A stretch of 34,283 bases of DNA, taken from Candidatus Altimarinota bacterium. GTDB taxonomy: Bacteria > Patescibacteriota > Gracilibacteria > UBA4473. The DNA is taken from assembly GCA_027028725.1 (NCBI GenBank), contig JALVIB010000030.1, positions 1 through 34,283 on the forward strand, in the 5' to 3' direction. Below the pieces are notes generated by a model. It worked only from the letters and a program-made list of their open reading frames with translations. It was not told the origin of the DNA and ran no database searches. A program made the translations under genes and the position numbers. Below are positions 25,574 to 34,153 of this stretch, piece after piece (position 1 is the stretch's first letter; each line of letters opens with the position of its first letter).

Positions 25574-27073
25574 TTAGTGTAAAAAACTTCGTGTTCCGGT
25601 CAAAACCATTTTAATTCCTAATTCGTCAGCTTTGGCGAAAACAATTTCGTCATTTCGTGAACCTCCCGGCTGAATAATCGCGGAAATTTTCGCTGCTCCC
25701 GCCGCCTCCACCGCGTCCGGAAAAGGAAAGAAGGCATCAGAGGCAAGAGCTGCTCCCGCGGCTTTTTCTCCCGCTTGGGCAATAGCATTTTTCATCGCAT
25801 CAACCCGCGAAGTTTGCCCTCCGTTTGCGCCGATTAAAGCGCCGTCTTTAACAATCGCAATGGCGTTTGATTTCACCATTTTGACGATTTTCCAAGCAGT
25901 CAAAAGATCAGTAATTTCTGCTTCGGAAGGCGCTTCTTTGGTCACTGTTTCCAAATTTTCGCGGGAAATTTCCTTCAAATCAATTTCTTGCATTAGTGTT
26001 CCCCCACGAACCCGTTTTAGAGCGAAATCCGGCTCCACTTTATCCATATTTGATACTTCCAAAACTCGTAAATTTTTCTTGGTCCGCAAAATTTCCAATG
26101 CGTCATCATCATACGCCGGCGCCATCACCACTTCGTTGAAAAAGGAGACAATTTGCTCGGCTGTCGCTTTATTTACCTTGCGATTCAGCGCAATAATTCC
26201 ACCAAAAGCCGATAACGAATCACCCATTTCGTAAGCCCGCGAAAAAGCATCTTCAATGGTTTCACCAATCGCCGCACAACATGGTGAAGCGTGTTTGATA
26301 ATGCAGGCAAAAGGTTCTTGGAAACTAATCGCCAATTCCAACGCCCCAGTCGAGTCTCCGAAATTATTGTAAGAAAGCGGTTTCCCGTTTAAAACTTTAG
26401 CTTTAACTAAATTCACTCCTTCCACAAACGGATCTTCCAAAATTACTGCCGATTGGTGCGGATTTTCTCCGTAACGAAGTGGCATTTTTTCGGCATTCTC
26501 CACCCAAAATTTCGCGATTAATAGATCGTAGTGCGCGGTCATTTCAAAAACTTTCGCCGCCAATAATTTTCGTGTTGGCAAAGAAATATCACCTTCTTGT
26601 TTCAATTCCGCGATAATTTTCGCGTAATCTGCCGGATCGACAACTGGCGCACAAAATTCAAAATTTTTCGCCGCCGCCCGAATCATTGACGGACCTCCGA
26701 TATCAATTTGTTCCACTTTTTCGCGGAAATCTTTGGATTCGTCTAGATAATTTTTCTTGAACGGATAAAGATTAACCACGACCATATCGATGTCTTCTAA
26801 ATTATTTTCCGCCATAAATTTCTCGTGAAGCTCGTTTTCGCGCAAATACAAAATTCCCGCGAAAATTTGCGGTGTCAGGGTTTTAATTCGTCCTTCCAGT
26901 CCTTCTGGAAACTTTGTAAAATCAGCAACTTCTTGAAGTTGTTCAATCCCGGCTTCTTTTAGTTTACGGAAAGTTCCGCCCGTGGAAAGAATGTTGTAGC
27001 CAAGCTTTTCCAGCTCTTGGGCAAATTCCACGATACCTGTTTTGTCTGAAACCGAGATTAGTACATTTTTCAT
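25574..27073 (-). CDS. purH: Bifunctional AICAR transformylase / IMP cyclohydrolase
   Basis: ISVSDKTG, STGGT, VVVNLYPF, IDIGGPSMIRAAAKN, LRYGENPHQ, IKH..PC, ASDAFFPF, IIQPGGS. Confidence 0.98.
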   Translation of the reverse strand: MKNVLISVSDKTGIVEFAQELEKLGYNILSTGGTFRKLKEAGIEQLQEVADFTKFPEGLEGRIKTLTPQIFAGILYLRENELHEKFMAENNLEDIDMVVVNLYPFKKNYLDESKDFREKVEQIDIGGPSMIRAAAKNFEFCAPVVDPADYAKIIAELKQEGDISLPTRKLLAAKVFEMTAHYDLLIAKFWVENAEKMPLRYGENPHQSAVILEDPFVEGVNLVKAKVLNGKPLSYNNFGDSTGALELAISFQEPFACIIKHASPCCAAIGETIEDAFSRAYEMGDSLSAFGGIIALNRKVNKATAEQIVSFFNEVVMAPAYDDDALEILRTKKNLRVLEVSNMDKVEPDFALKRVRGGTLMQEIDLKEISRENLETVTKEAPSEAEITDLLTAWKIVKMVKSNAIAIVKDGALIGANGGQTSRVDAMKNAIAQAGEKAAGAALASDAFFPFPDAVEAAGAAKISAIIQPGGSRNDEIVFAKADELGIKMVLTGTRSFLH

Positions 27074-27406
27074 TTTTTAAAGAAAATTGTCGCCCGTATT
27101 TTGTTTTTTTAATGAAAAAAATCTAGCAAAAATCCCGCGAAATAAAATGACACTCTACGAGCTTGCGAGTAGTTAGTGGAATTTTACCCTGAGCGACAAA
27201 TTCTTTTTGAAAATCAGAAGTCGAATGGGTCTCTCTTGTGCCAAGTCCGGACTTGTTTTTCTAAAATTTCGCGGGATTTCTTATTATCTTGTAAACTCGT
27301 AAACTTATTTAATTACTTTCACTTGTTGTCCATAAATATTAGGCAACCACAAAGGATCGCCCCTACAAAAAATTATTAACTTTTAATTGTTAACTATTAA
27401 TTTTCT

Positions 27407-29779
27407 TTACTGCTGTCCATAAATTTCGCGGGGTTTGGCACCGCGACTTGGTCCGATAATTCCGCGTTCTTCCATTTGGTCGAGAATTCGTGCGGCGCGG
27501 GCATAACCAATTTCCAGTCGGCGTTGCAGGAACGAAGCCGATGCTTTTTTATTTTGCAAAACAACTTCCACCGCTTTGGAATAAAGTTTATCCAAATCAG
27601 CATCATCCGTTTCGCGTTGCGGTAAACCAGCCGTCAAAACTTTCCCTTTCGCCATTCCTTCAATGGATTGCTCGGTAATTTCATCGTTTCCAATCGCTTC
27701 CGGGAACTGTAATTTAAGGAAATTCACTAACCGCGAAACTTCTTCGTTAGAAATATAAATTCCTTGCACGCGCGTTAAATTTCCTGAATTTCCGTCGAGA
27801 TACAACATATCTCCTAGACCGAGCAAACTTTCCGCTCCCATTCCATCAATAATTGTCCGCGAATCGATCTGCGAAGAAACCTTGAAGGCAATTCTCGCGG
27901 GCAAATTTGCTTTAATCAAACCAGTTACGACATCAACCGAAGGTCTTTGTGTCGCGATAATTAAATGCATCCCGACCGCTCGCGCCAGCTGCGCAATTCG
28001 GACAATCGCCGCCTCGACATCTTTCCCCGCGACCATCATTAAATCCGCCAACTCATCAACAACAATCACAATCCGCGGTTCCTTTTTTTCCGCGAATTTT
28101 TCGTTGTATTGATCTATATTTACCACTCCGACTTCCGCCAGCATTCGATAACGACGATTCATTTCCGCCACCGCCCACGCCAGTGCGGAAACGGATTTTT
28201 CCGGTTCAACAATCACCGGTGTCAAAAGATGCGGAAGCCCTTTATAACGGCTTAATTCTACGCGTTTCGGGTCTATTAAAATTAGTTTCAAATCTTCCGG
28301 CGAATTATTCCAAAGCAAGGAACACAAAAAAGCGTTCATTCCGACCGATTTCCCCGATCCTGTTTTCCCCGCCATCAGCAAGTGAGGCATTTTCGCGAGA
28401 TTTACAACTACCGGTTTCCCCGAAACATCGCGTCCCACCGCCAATTTCAACGGATCTTCGGATTTTTCCCACGCTTCGGATTCCAAAATTTCGCGCATAC
28501 TGACATTGGCGCGCTTGGCGTTCGGGATTTCAATTCCCACCAAACTTTTCCCACGAATCGGGGCTTCAATTCGGATATTTTCAGCTGCCAAAGCGAGCGC
28601 TAAATCGTTTTTGAGTGAAGTAATTTTGGTTAATTTTACGCCCGCCGCCGGTTCTAGCGTAAATTGCGTGACGGTTGGACCAACATGCACTGATTTCATG
28701 GTTACTTCAATTCCAAACTGGCTTAATTTCTCGCGAATTTTTTCGGCATCGGCGCGCAGTTTTTTCTCGTCTGCAACCACTTTGGATGGCTTGTTTTCCA
28801 ACAAATCCAAAGTTGGCGGTTCCCAAGTTCCCTGCAATTTTTGGTGCATTTTTTCCTCAATTTTTTCCTCGCAAGATTTTTCGCGGGATTTTATAACTTG
28901 TTTTTTCTCGTTCGCATCAACTATTTCCAGCTCATTCTGAAACCGCGAACTCGTTTTTTTCGCGGATTTTTCTTTGGCAATTTCCGCTTTCGCTTCGTCT
29001 AAAATTTTCTTCTGCACCGCTCCGGTAGTATCTTCTATCTTTAACTCATCCTTCTGTCTACTTCCTTTTCGCGCCTGCCCTCCGAAGCCTTGGCGGAGGA
29101 GGGAAAAAATTTCCGACCAATGAATTCGAAACCCAATTGTCGCTGTAATCCACGCCAAACCGAGCAAAAAAACCGCCGTCACCATATCACCAAAAAATTC
29201 GCGGATAAAAAAATCAATCGTAAAGCCCAGCGCTCCTCCGCGTGTTGCCGATAAAGCCAGCGACTCGTTTTGCGGAAGGGATAAATTTATCAGTCCCAAA
29301 ATCGCAGCAAAAAAGACTATCAGTGACAAAATCCGCACCGGTGACCATTCGTAATAAAAAGGATGTTTTTGGTCATCGGGATTTTTGGTGAAAATAAAAA
29401 TTCCCCCAATGGCGATAAAAATCAATGGCACAATCCACAACCCAATCCCGAAAAGCCAGCGAAATCCCGCGAAAATTTGGCGAGAAAGTTCGGCGGAACT
29501 GAAAAAAATCGCTAACAAAATTATCCCCAAACTAATCCAACTCCACCCGACAATTTCCTTATAAATCGGTGTATTTTTGAATTCCGCCACTTTTTTTTCG
29601 CGGGATTTTTGTCTTTCAATTTTCGCTTTGGCTTTGGCCTTGGCTTTTTCACGCAAAGCTTTGGCGCGCTCTTTCTTTTTCTCCGCTTCAAGCATTTTTT
29701 TCGCGGCTTTTTGCGCCTCTTTCCGCAAAACACTGGCGGGAATTCGCACGGTCGGCGATTTTTTCTTTTTTCCAAACAT
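27407..29779 (-). CDS. ftsK: DNA translocase FtsK/SpoIIIE
   Basis: N-terminal TMs, PHLLMAGKTGSGKS, LIDPK, VVDELADLM, ATQRPS, gamma domain LQRRL.IGY.RAAR. Confidence 0.98.
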   Translation of the reverse strand: MFGKKKKSPTVRIPASVLRKEAQKAAKKMLEAEKKKERAKALREKAKAKAKAKIERQKSREKKVAEFKNTPIYKEIVGWSWISLGIILLAIFFSSAELSRQIFAGFRWLFGIGLWIVPLIFIAIGGIFIFTKNPDDQKHPFYYEWSPVRILSLIVFFAAILGLINLSLPQNESLALSATRGGALGFTIDFFIREFFGDMVTAVFLLGLAWITATIGFRIHWSEIFSLLRQGFGGQARKGSRQKDELKIEDTTGAVQKKILDEAKAEIAKEKSAKKTSSRFQNELEIVDANEKKQVIKSREKSCEEKIEEKMHQKLQGTWEPPTLDLLENKPSKVVADEKKLRADAEKIREKLSQFGIEVTMKSVHVGPTVTQFTLEPAAGVKLTKITSLKNDLALALAAENIRIEAPIRGKSLVGIEIPNAKRANVSMREILESEAWEKSEDPLKLAVGRDVSGKPVVVNLAKMPHLLMAGKTGSGKSVGMNAFLCSLLWNNSPEDLKLILIDPKRVELSRYKGLPHLLTPVIVEPEKSVSALAWAVAEMNRRYRMLAEVGVVNIDQYNEKFAEKKEPRIVIVVDELADLMMVAGKDVEAAIVRIAQLARAVGMHLIIATQRPSVDVVTGLIKANLPARIAFKVSSQIDSRTIIDGMGAESLLGLGDMLYLDGNSGNLTRVQGIYISNEEVSRLVNFLKLQFPEAIGNDEITEQSIEGMAKGKVLTAGLPQRETDDADLDKLYSKAVEVVLQNKKASASFLQRRLEIGYARAARILDQMEERGIIGPSRGAKPREIYGQQ
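29073..29102. mobile_element. 30-bp small element inserted in a TTTCGCGAAA site within ftsK
   Basis: TTTTCGC[GCCTGCCCTCCGAAGCCTTGGCGGAGGAGG]GAAAAAAT, giving IFS[LLRQGFGGQA]RK. Confidence 0.75.
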
Positions 29780-29787
29780 CGTGCAAA

Positions 29788-29816
29788 ATTATAGGAAACT
29801 CTGATAAATAACGCAA
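29788..29816 (-). promoter_or_regulatory. MITE-end-derived promoter for ftsK
   Basis: TTGCGT, 17-bp spacer, TATAAT ending 8 bp before the ATG; the -35 and spacer lie in a MITE-end remnant (29790-29835). Confidence 0.65.
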
Positions 29817-30009
29817 AACAGAAAATTTTGAGATTCTCAGAGAAGTCAAAAAGACCAAGAGCATAAAAGCTTAAAAGCAAAAATCCCGCGAAAATTAGGT
29901 GACAGACAAAAAGTTAAAAAGTCGAAAAGATAAAGAGCCAAAGGACGCGCTAGTTTTTATTTTCAAGATTAAAGTACTGGAAAAGCTTTTAATCTTGTGA
30001 GCTTTTTGA

Positions 30010-30282
30010 CTAACGAAAAAGATCCGAATGCGAGCCGGTTCTTTCAAAAATTACAGATTTTTCTTCTAATTTGTAAATCAAAATCCAGTCCGGAGCAAGA
30101 TGTAATTCTCGTCGGTTCTTAAATTTTCCTAATAGTTTATGATCTTTAAATTTTTCATCCAAAACTTTGCCTTTTGCTAACATCTCAACAACTTTTTTAA
30201 ATTCTGTGAAATCTTTGCCAGACTTTTTTTGTTTACGAATGTCTCTTTTAAATTGGGTACGATAAACAACTTTTCGCATCAA
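30010..30282 (-). CDS. yafQ: YafQ-family mRNA interferase toxin
   Basis: QFKRD, DHKL.G....RE.H..PDW.LIY, RTGSHSDLF. Confidence 0.92.
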   Translation of the reverse strand: MMRKVVYRTQFKRDIRKQKKSGKDFTEFKKVVEMLAKGKVLDEKFKDHKLLGKFKNRRELHLAPDWILIYKLEEKSVIFERTGSHSDLFR

Positions 30283-30539
30283 ATTCCTAATTCTTCAAAT
30301 AATTTCGCGGGATTTTCAACATAATTTAAATCTTTTCCTTGATCTGTTTCCCTCAAAACTCGTTCAGTTTCAGCATTAGGAATATTTCTAGTGGGAACAA
30401 CCGTGGCGATTTGAATCCGCCCTGAAGCAAAATCGTTCAAAAGAATTCGCGCTACTGCCGAGACACTCATATCATATTTTTTCGCGACTTTTTGAGCGCG
30501 AGCTTTGGTTGATTTTGGAATTGAAATAGTTGTATTCAT
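30279..30539 (-). CDS. RelB/DinJ-like antitoxin
   Basis: K.RA..V.....MS.S...R..L, PNAET...L.E, LF.EL; overlaps the yafQ start (ATGA). Confidence 0.8.
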   Translation of the reverse strand: MNTTISIPKSTKARAQKVAKKYDMSVSAVARILLNDFASGRIQIATVVPTRNIPNAETERVLRETDQGKDLNYVENPAKLFEELGI

Positions 30540-30614
30540 GGAATTTGTTTAATGAAATCTAATGAAATTATACATTTTTCATTATAAACCGGCAAGGAAA
30601 AATCCCGCGAAATT

Positions 30615-30887
30615 TTACAGCCCTAATTCTGAATGCGTCCCAATATTTTCTAAAACAGCCTTACTGTTATCTTTATCAATCCGCACAATAATTCGCAAAT
30701 CTCCACCGATTTCCAGTTCCTCATACCCAATAAACCTTCCCCTTAATTTTTTTCGATAACAATTTGCTTGCCGTCCTAATTTAGAAAAATCTATCAAAGC
30801 TTTATTTATTTTATCTTTTAAATTCTTTCTAGATTCTACTAATTTTCGCGCGTTTTTTTGGAATTTTTTAGAAAAAATTAACTCCAT
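30615..30887 (-). CDS. RelE/YafQ-superfamily toxin
   Basis: FSKKFQK...K, KL.G...G..E..I.GDLRI, L.NIGTH.EL. Confidence 0.8.
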   Translation of the reverse strand: MELIFSKKFQKNARKLVESRKNLKDKINKALIDFSKLGRQANCYRKKLRGRFIGYEELEIGGDLRIIVRIDKDNSKAVLENIGTHSELGL

Positions 30888-31138
30888 AATGTTTTGTTTA
30901 ACAAATCTTCGGTGATTTCTTCTTGGTTAGGATTTACAGAAACATAATTGTTATTTTCGCCTTTCAGAGACTTTTCGACATTATCCCAATAAATTTTATC
31001 CGCCTTTGCCAAGAAATCCTGTTTATCAAAATACATTTCCAAGGCTTCGTTTATAACACGGCTTTTATTTTTAAATTTAGACAAAATATTCCACAAAGGT
31101 TTTTGCAAAGAAACGCTTGTTTTGACGGTTGTAGTCAT
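30878..31138 (-). CDS. Putative ribbon-helix-helix antitoxin
   Basis: KTSVSL...L...L....NKSRVINEAL..Y; upstream of and overlapping the toxin. Confidence 0.7.
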   Translation of the reverse strand: MTTTVKTSVSLQKPLWNILSKFKNKSRVINEALEMYFDKQDFLAKADKIYWDNVEKSLKGENNNYVSVNPNQEEITEDLLNKTLWS

Positions 31139-31195
31139 TTTTATTTGGTTATAATCCAGGCAAACTATAAAGTATTACTTGGTAGTAGTCAATTA

Positions 31196-31305
31196 AAAAA
31201 TCCCGCGAAATTTTTGAAGAAAAACCTAAGTCCGGACTTAGACAACTTTTTATCTTGTGCCAAGTCCGGACTTGTTTTTTTAAATGCAAAATTTCGCGGG
31301 ATTTT
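31196..31305. repeat. ~110-bp module: inward-facing core motifs enclosing two AAGTCCGGACTT palindromes
   Basis: Inverted homologue of 8604-8713; its right part also matches 27235-27279. Confidence 0.8.
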
Positions 31306-33917
31306 TAGTTTTGATTTTGAGAACTACTAGATCCATTATCTGTATCTGCACCCGTACTACCGCTGCCAGTATTGGAATCAGGGGTGATACCATAATCTGT
31401 TTGTAACATGTTTTTGAAATTGCTCTCAGTCATACCTATTTTTTGTATTACGGTTTTTTGTTTATCTGTCAATTGAGGACTATTTATTATTATTTGAGCC
31501 TGTTCCTTAGTTAATTTACCATTACTATTACCACCAAATTCACTCATATCAAGTGGAGCCCCATTCCTTCTATCAGCGAGATAAACTGCTTGAACCTTGT
31601 TATCATTGTCTTTTTCTTTAAAGACTATTTTATTGCTGTCTACAGTTGTATCCATGCTGTCTCTATTTTTTACACCTGTTAAATCTACTCCATACATTGA
31701 TTTAGCGTATTTTGAATATGATTTAATCAATTCTTCTTCGGATAAATTACTATTCTCCTTCTTGGCAAATGTAGTTAACAACGCCATATCTGTTTTTGAA
31801 AAATCGGCATTCTTTGCTGCTATTTTTAAATTCTCATTATCCTTAATATCAAGATCTTTATTTTTAATTCCAGAATACTCTCCAACAGTAGAATCATTAT
31901 CCTTAATAGTAACACTATTTGGATCAATTTTCGTCTCATTTTCAGGTTTATCATCAGTGCCACTGCCAGAACTCTTATCAATTCCTTTAAAGAAGTCCTT
32001 ACCATTATTGATTTCTCCCTTATGATAAGCCCCTGATGTAAGATATTTAAGCCCTTCTGTTCCTGTGGCATATTTATCAAATCCCTCTGCAACCCCATGT
32101 TCTTCTATGGCTTTCTTTAACCCAGGTGCCCAAGCGGCAGTTGATCTCTCTAACATGTCAATAACCTGACTTTTATGATGTTCTGCATCCGCCTTACTAT
32201 CAAATTTGGTCAAAATATCGTCTTTAAATTTTTCTAATTTATCATCATGTCCAAATTTAGTATCATGTAACAATTTTACTATTTCTGGAGTTTCAAATCC
32301 CAAAGCTTTTCTCAAATTTTCGCGACCTTTATTTCTTACTTCTGCTTGATGTGTCCTAAATAAATCTGGTGCTGCCAAAATATTAGACATAGAAAATTTA
32401 TTATCACTACCTCCTGTTCCAACTGAAAAGATTTGGCGATCAATTGTAGCGGCACGAGCGGCAACTTCTCCTAATGCCTGTGCTCCTGTAAAGATTTTAT
32501 CCGTAATATCATGAGCTAAGTTGCCATCAATTGCCCATTTGGCAGCCATCCAAAATAGGACAATTGTCGCCATTTGCCATAAAAATCCGTATTCCTCAAT
32601 TCCTAAATTTGATAAAGCTGGACCAAAAAGGAAGGCGTCTCCCTGCTGAACAACTTCAAACTCAATCATTCCTGACATCATTACAAATCCTACCGCAAAA
32701 GCAGCCGCGATTTTTAGCGGCATAATTAAATTCTTAACTAGTTGGTCAACTGCTTCTCCGGCTTTCCCTTCACCAAATCCCATAATTGAAGCGGCAATTA
32801 AAAGTGGCGAAAACACCATCGCAATCCACAGCACAATAACCCGCGACAAAAGCGCAATAAATATCGCTACCAAAACAACAACATAAGCAATTCCTAAAAT
32901 TGCCGAGAAAAGCGTATTTAAAAGAACTCCGTTTAGACTATTAATTTTAGCCGCTAAGGCGGGAAGGCGTTCCAAATGCATAAAATTTGTCCCAAAAGCC
33001 ATAAATAAATTTTGTCCCGGTTCATCATCAGGACTCAAAAGTGATTTAAAAGTGTTCTTTTTTAGAACAAACAGACAATCGTCATCTAATTTCTCTTCTT
33101 TAGTATTAGGATCATCATATCCATTTTTTTCCCAGCCGGCACAAAACAAATCATTTACCTGACTACGAAAATTACGACAAGCGTAATAGCGAGTCTTTCC
33201 ATCGACTGATTTAGTAAAAGTTAATACTCCACTAGCATTTCCTATTTGATCTTTATGTTCTTTAGAACAACTTTTCCCGGCTTTAACGCTCTCCTTGTCT
33301 TCTGTATCAAACTCTTTTTTATTTTTTAATTTTTCATAAGACTTTTCTGGCAACATTACCCATGTTTTTGCACTAATCATGGCGTCCTGCTGTTCCGGAT
33401 TGTCAACATCCAGACGAGAGTCGGCAATTCCCAAAATTGCCACCGTTCCTACATTTACCGCATCAATTACTACTCGAAAAGCCAATAAAGAAAAATTTAT
33501 CGCCACCAAAGCAATAATGACTTTTGGTAATTTTTCTTTAATCGTCCAATTTCCACCATTTTCGCCTGAAAAACTCGCGAAAAGATTAGAAAAAGCCAGC
33601 CCAACTAGCACAATTACGAACAGAATATTAGTTAAATTTCGCACCCACACCCACATCGGAGTTAGTGACTGCATAGCTTCTGGCCCCGTTATCATATTTG
33701 TCCCCATCAACTGCCCAAAAAACTTCATCATCAAAAGCGACAAAAAGGTTAAAACACTAATTAAAACTCCTAGAAGTTCCGCTAATGATTCCAAAACTCC
33801 TTTATCACTTGAAGTAGCTGCAAAAGCCATATCCGGAGCGACTATCTGAAAGGCTAAAGCCAGTAAAAACAAAGCCCAAAGCCCGCGAAACGAGAACAAT
33901 TTTTTAAGTAGTTGCAT
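31305..33917 (-). CDS. Large polytopic membrane protein, VirB6/TrbL-like (CPR T4SS-like), with hydrophilic C-terminal tail
   Basis: W..VRNL.N..F..VL, LPK.IIALV..NFS......ID..N, R.I.LW....FSPL; multiple TMs. Family assignment is by pattern only. Confidence 0.65.
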   Translation of the reverse strand: MQLLKKLFSFRGLWALFLLALAFQIVAPDMAFAATSSDKGVLESLAELLGVLISVLTFLSLLMMKFFGQLMGTNMITGPEAMQSLTPMWVWVRNLTNILFVIVLVGLAFSNLFASFSGENGGNWTIKEKLPKVIIALVAINFSLLAFRVVIDAVNVGTVAILGIADSRLDVDNPEQQDAMISAKTWVMLPEKSYEKLKNKKEFDTEDKESVKAGKSCSKEHKDQIGNASGVLTFTKSVDGKTRYYACRNFRSQVNDLFCAGWEKNGYDDPNTKEEKLDDDCLFVLKKNTFKSLLSPDDEPGQNLFMAFGTNFMHLERLPALAAKINSLNGVLLNTLFSAILGIAYVVVLVAIFIALLSRVIVLWIAMVFSPLLIAASIMGFGEGKAGEAVDQLVKNLIMPLKIAAAFAVGFVMMSGMIEFEVVQQGDAFLFGPALSNLGIEEYGFLWQMATIVLFWMAAKWAIDGNLAHDITDKIFTGAQALGEVAARAATIDRQIFSVGTGGSDNKFSMSNILAAPDLFRTHQAEVRNKGRENLRKALGFETPEIVKLLHDTKFGHDDKLEKFKDDILTKFDSKADAEHHKSQVIDMLERSTAAWAPGLKKAIEEHGVAEGFDKYATGTEGLKYLTSGAYHKGEINNGKDFFKGIDKSSGSGTDDKPENETKIDPNSVTIKDNDSTVGEYSGIKNKDLDIKDNENLKIAAKNADFSKTDMALLTTFAKKENSNLSEEELIKSYSKYAKSMYGVDLTGVKNRDSMDTTVDSNKIVFKEKDNDNKVQAVYLADRRNGAPLDMSEFGGNSNGKLTKEQAQIIINSPQLTDKQKTVIQKIGMTESNFKNMLQTDYGITPDSNTGSGSTGADTDNGSSSSQNQN

Positions 33918-33940
33918 AATTTTTTTAAATTAATCCCTAC

Positions 33941-33969
33941 ATTATACCGAAAATCCCGCGAAATTTCAA
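33941..33969 (-). promoter_or_regulatory. Putative promoter with the core motif in its spacer
   Basis: TTGAAA, spacer TTTCGCGGGATTTTCGG (17 bp), TATAAT. Confidence 0.65.
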
Positions 33970-34118
33970 GCAAAAATCCCCTTAACTACTCCGGCAATTT
34001 TCCTCTCTCTGCAAGATATTTGCGGGAACGTAGTTTAAAGAAATTTTCTACCGCCCTTTCGTGCTCTCCTGCAAATGAATTTTTTCGCGGGATTTTAATA
34101 TAAACAAAAAGCAAGGAG

Positions 34119-34153
34119 TCTCCCTCTCCTCCTAGGAGAGGGTGGGGGTGAGG
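34119..34153. repeat. REP-like hairpin of the CCTCACCCC..CCCTCTCC..GGAGAGGG family
   Basis: CTCCCTCTCCTCCTAGGAGAGGGTGGGGGTGAGG; relatives lie inside gmk (10185-10230) and the MurI-like gene (11113-11146). Confidence 0.7.

Noticed and set aside
6340-29779. UGA-to-Gly recoding (code 25) as in some Gracilibacteria
   Set aside because: EF-G, PurH and FtsK are full length under code 11, and TGA serves as stop in ATGA overlaps (14785, 15258, 30279).
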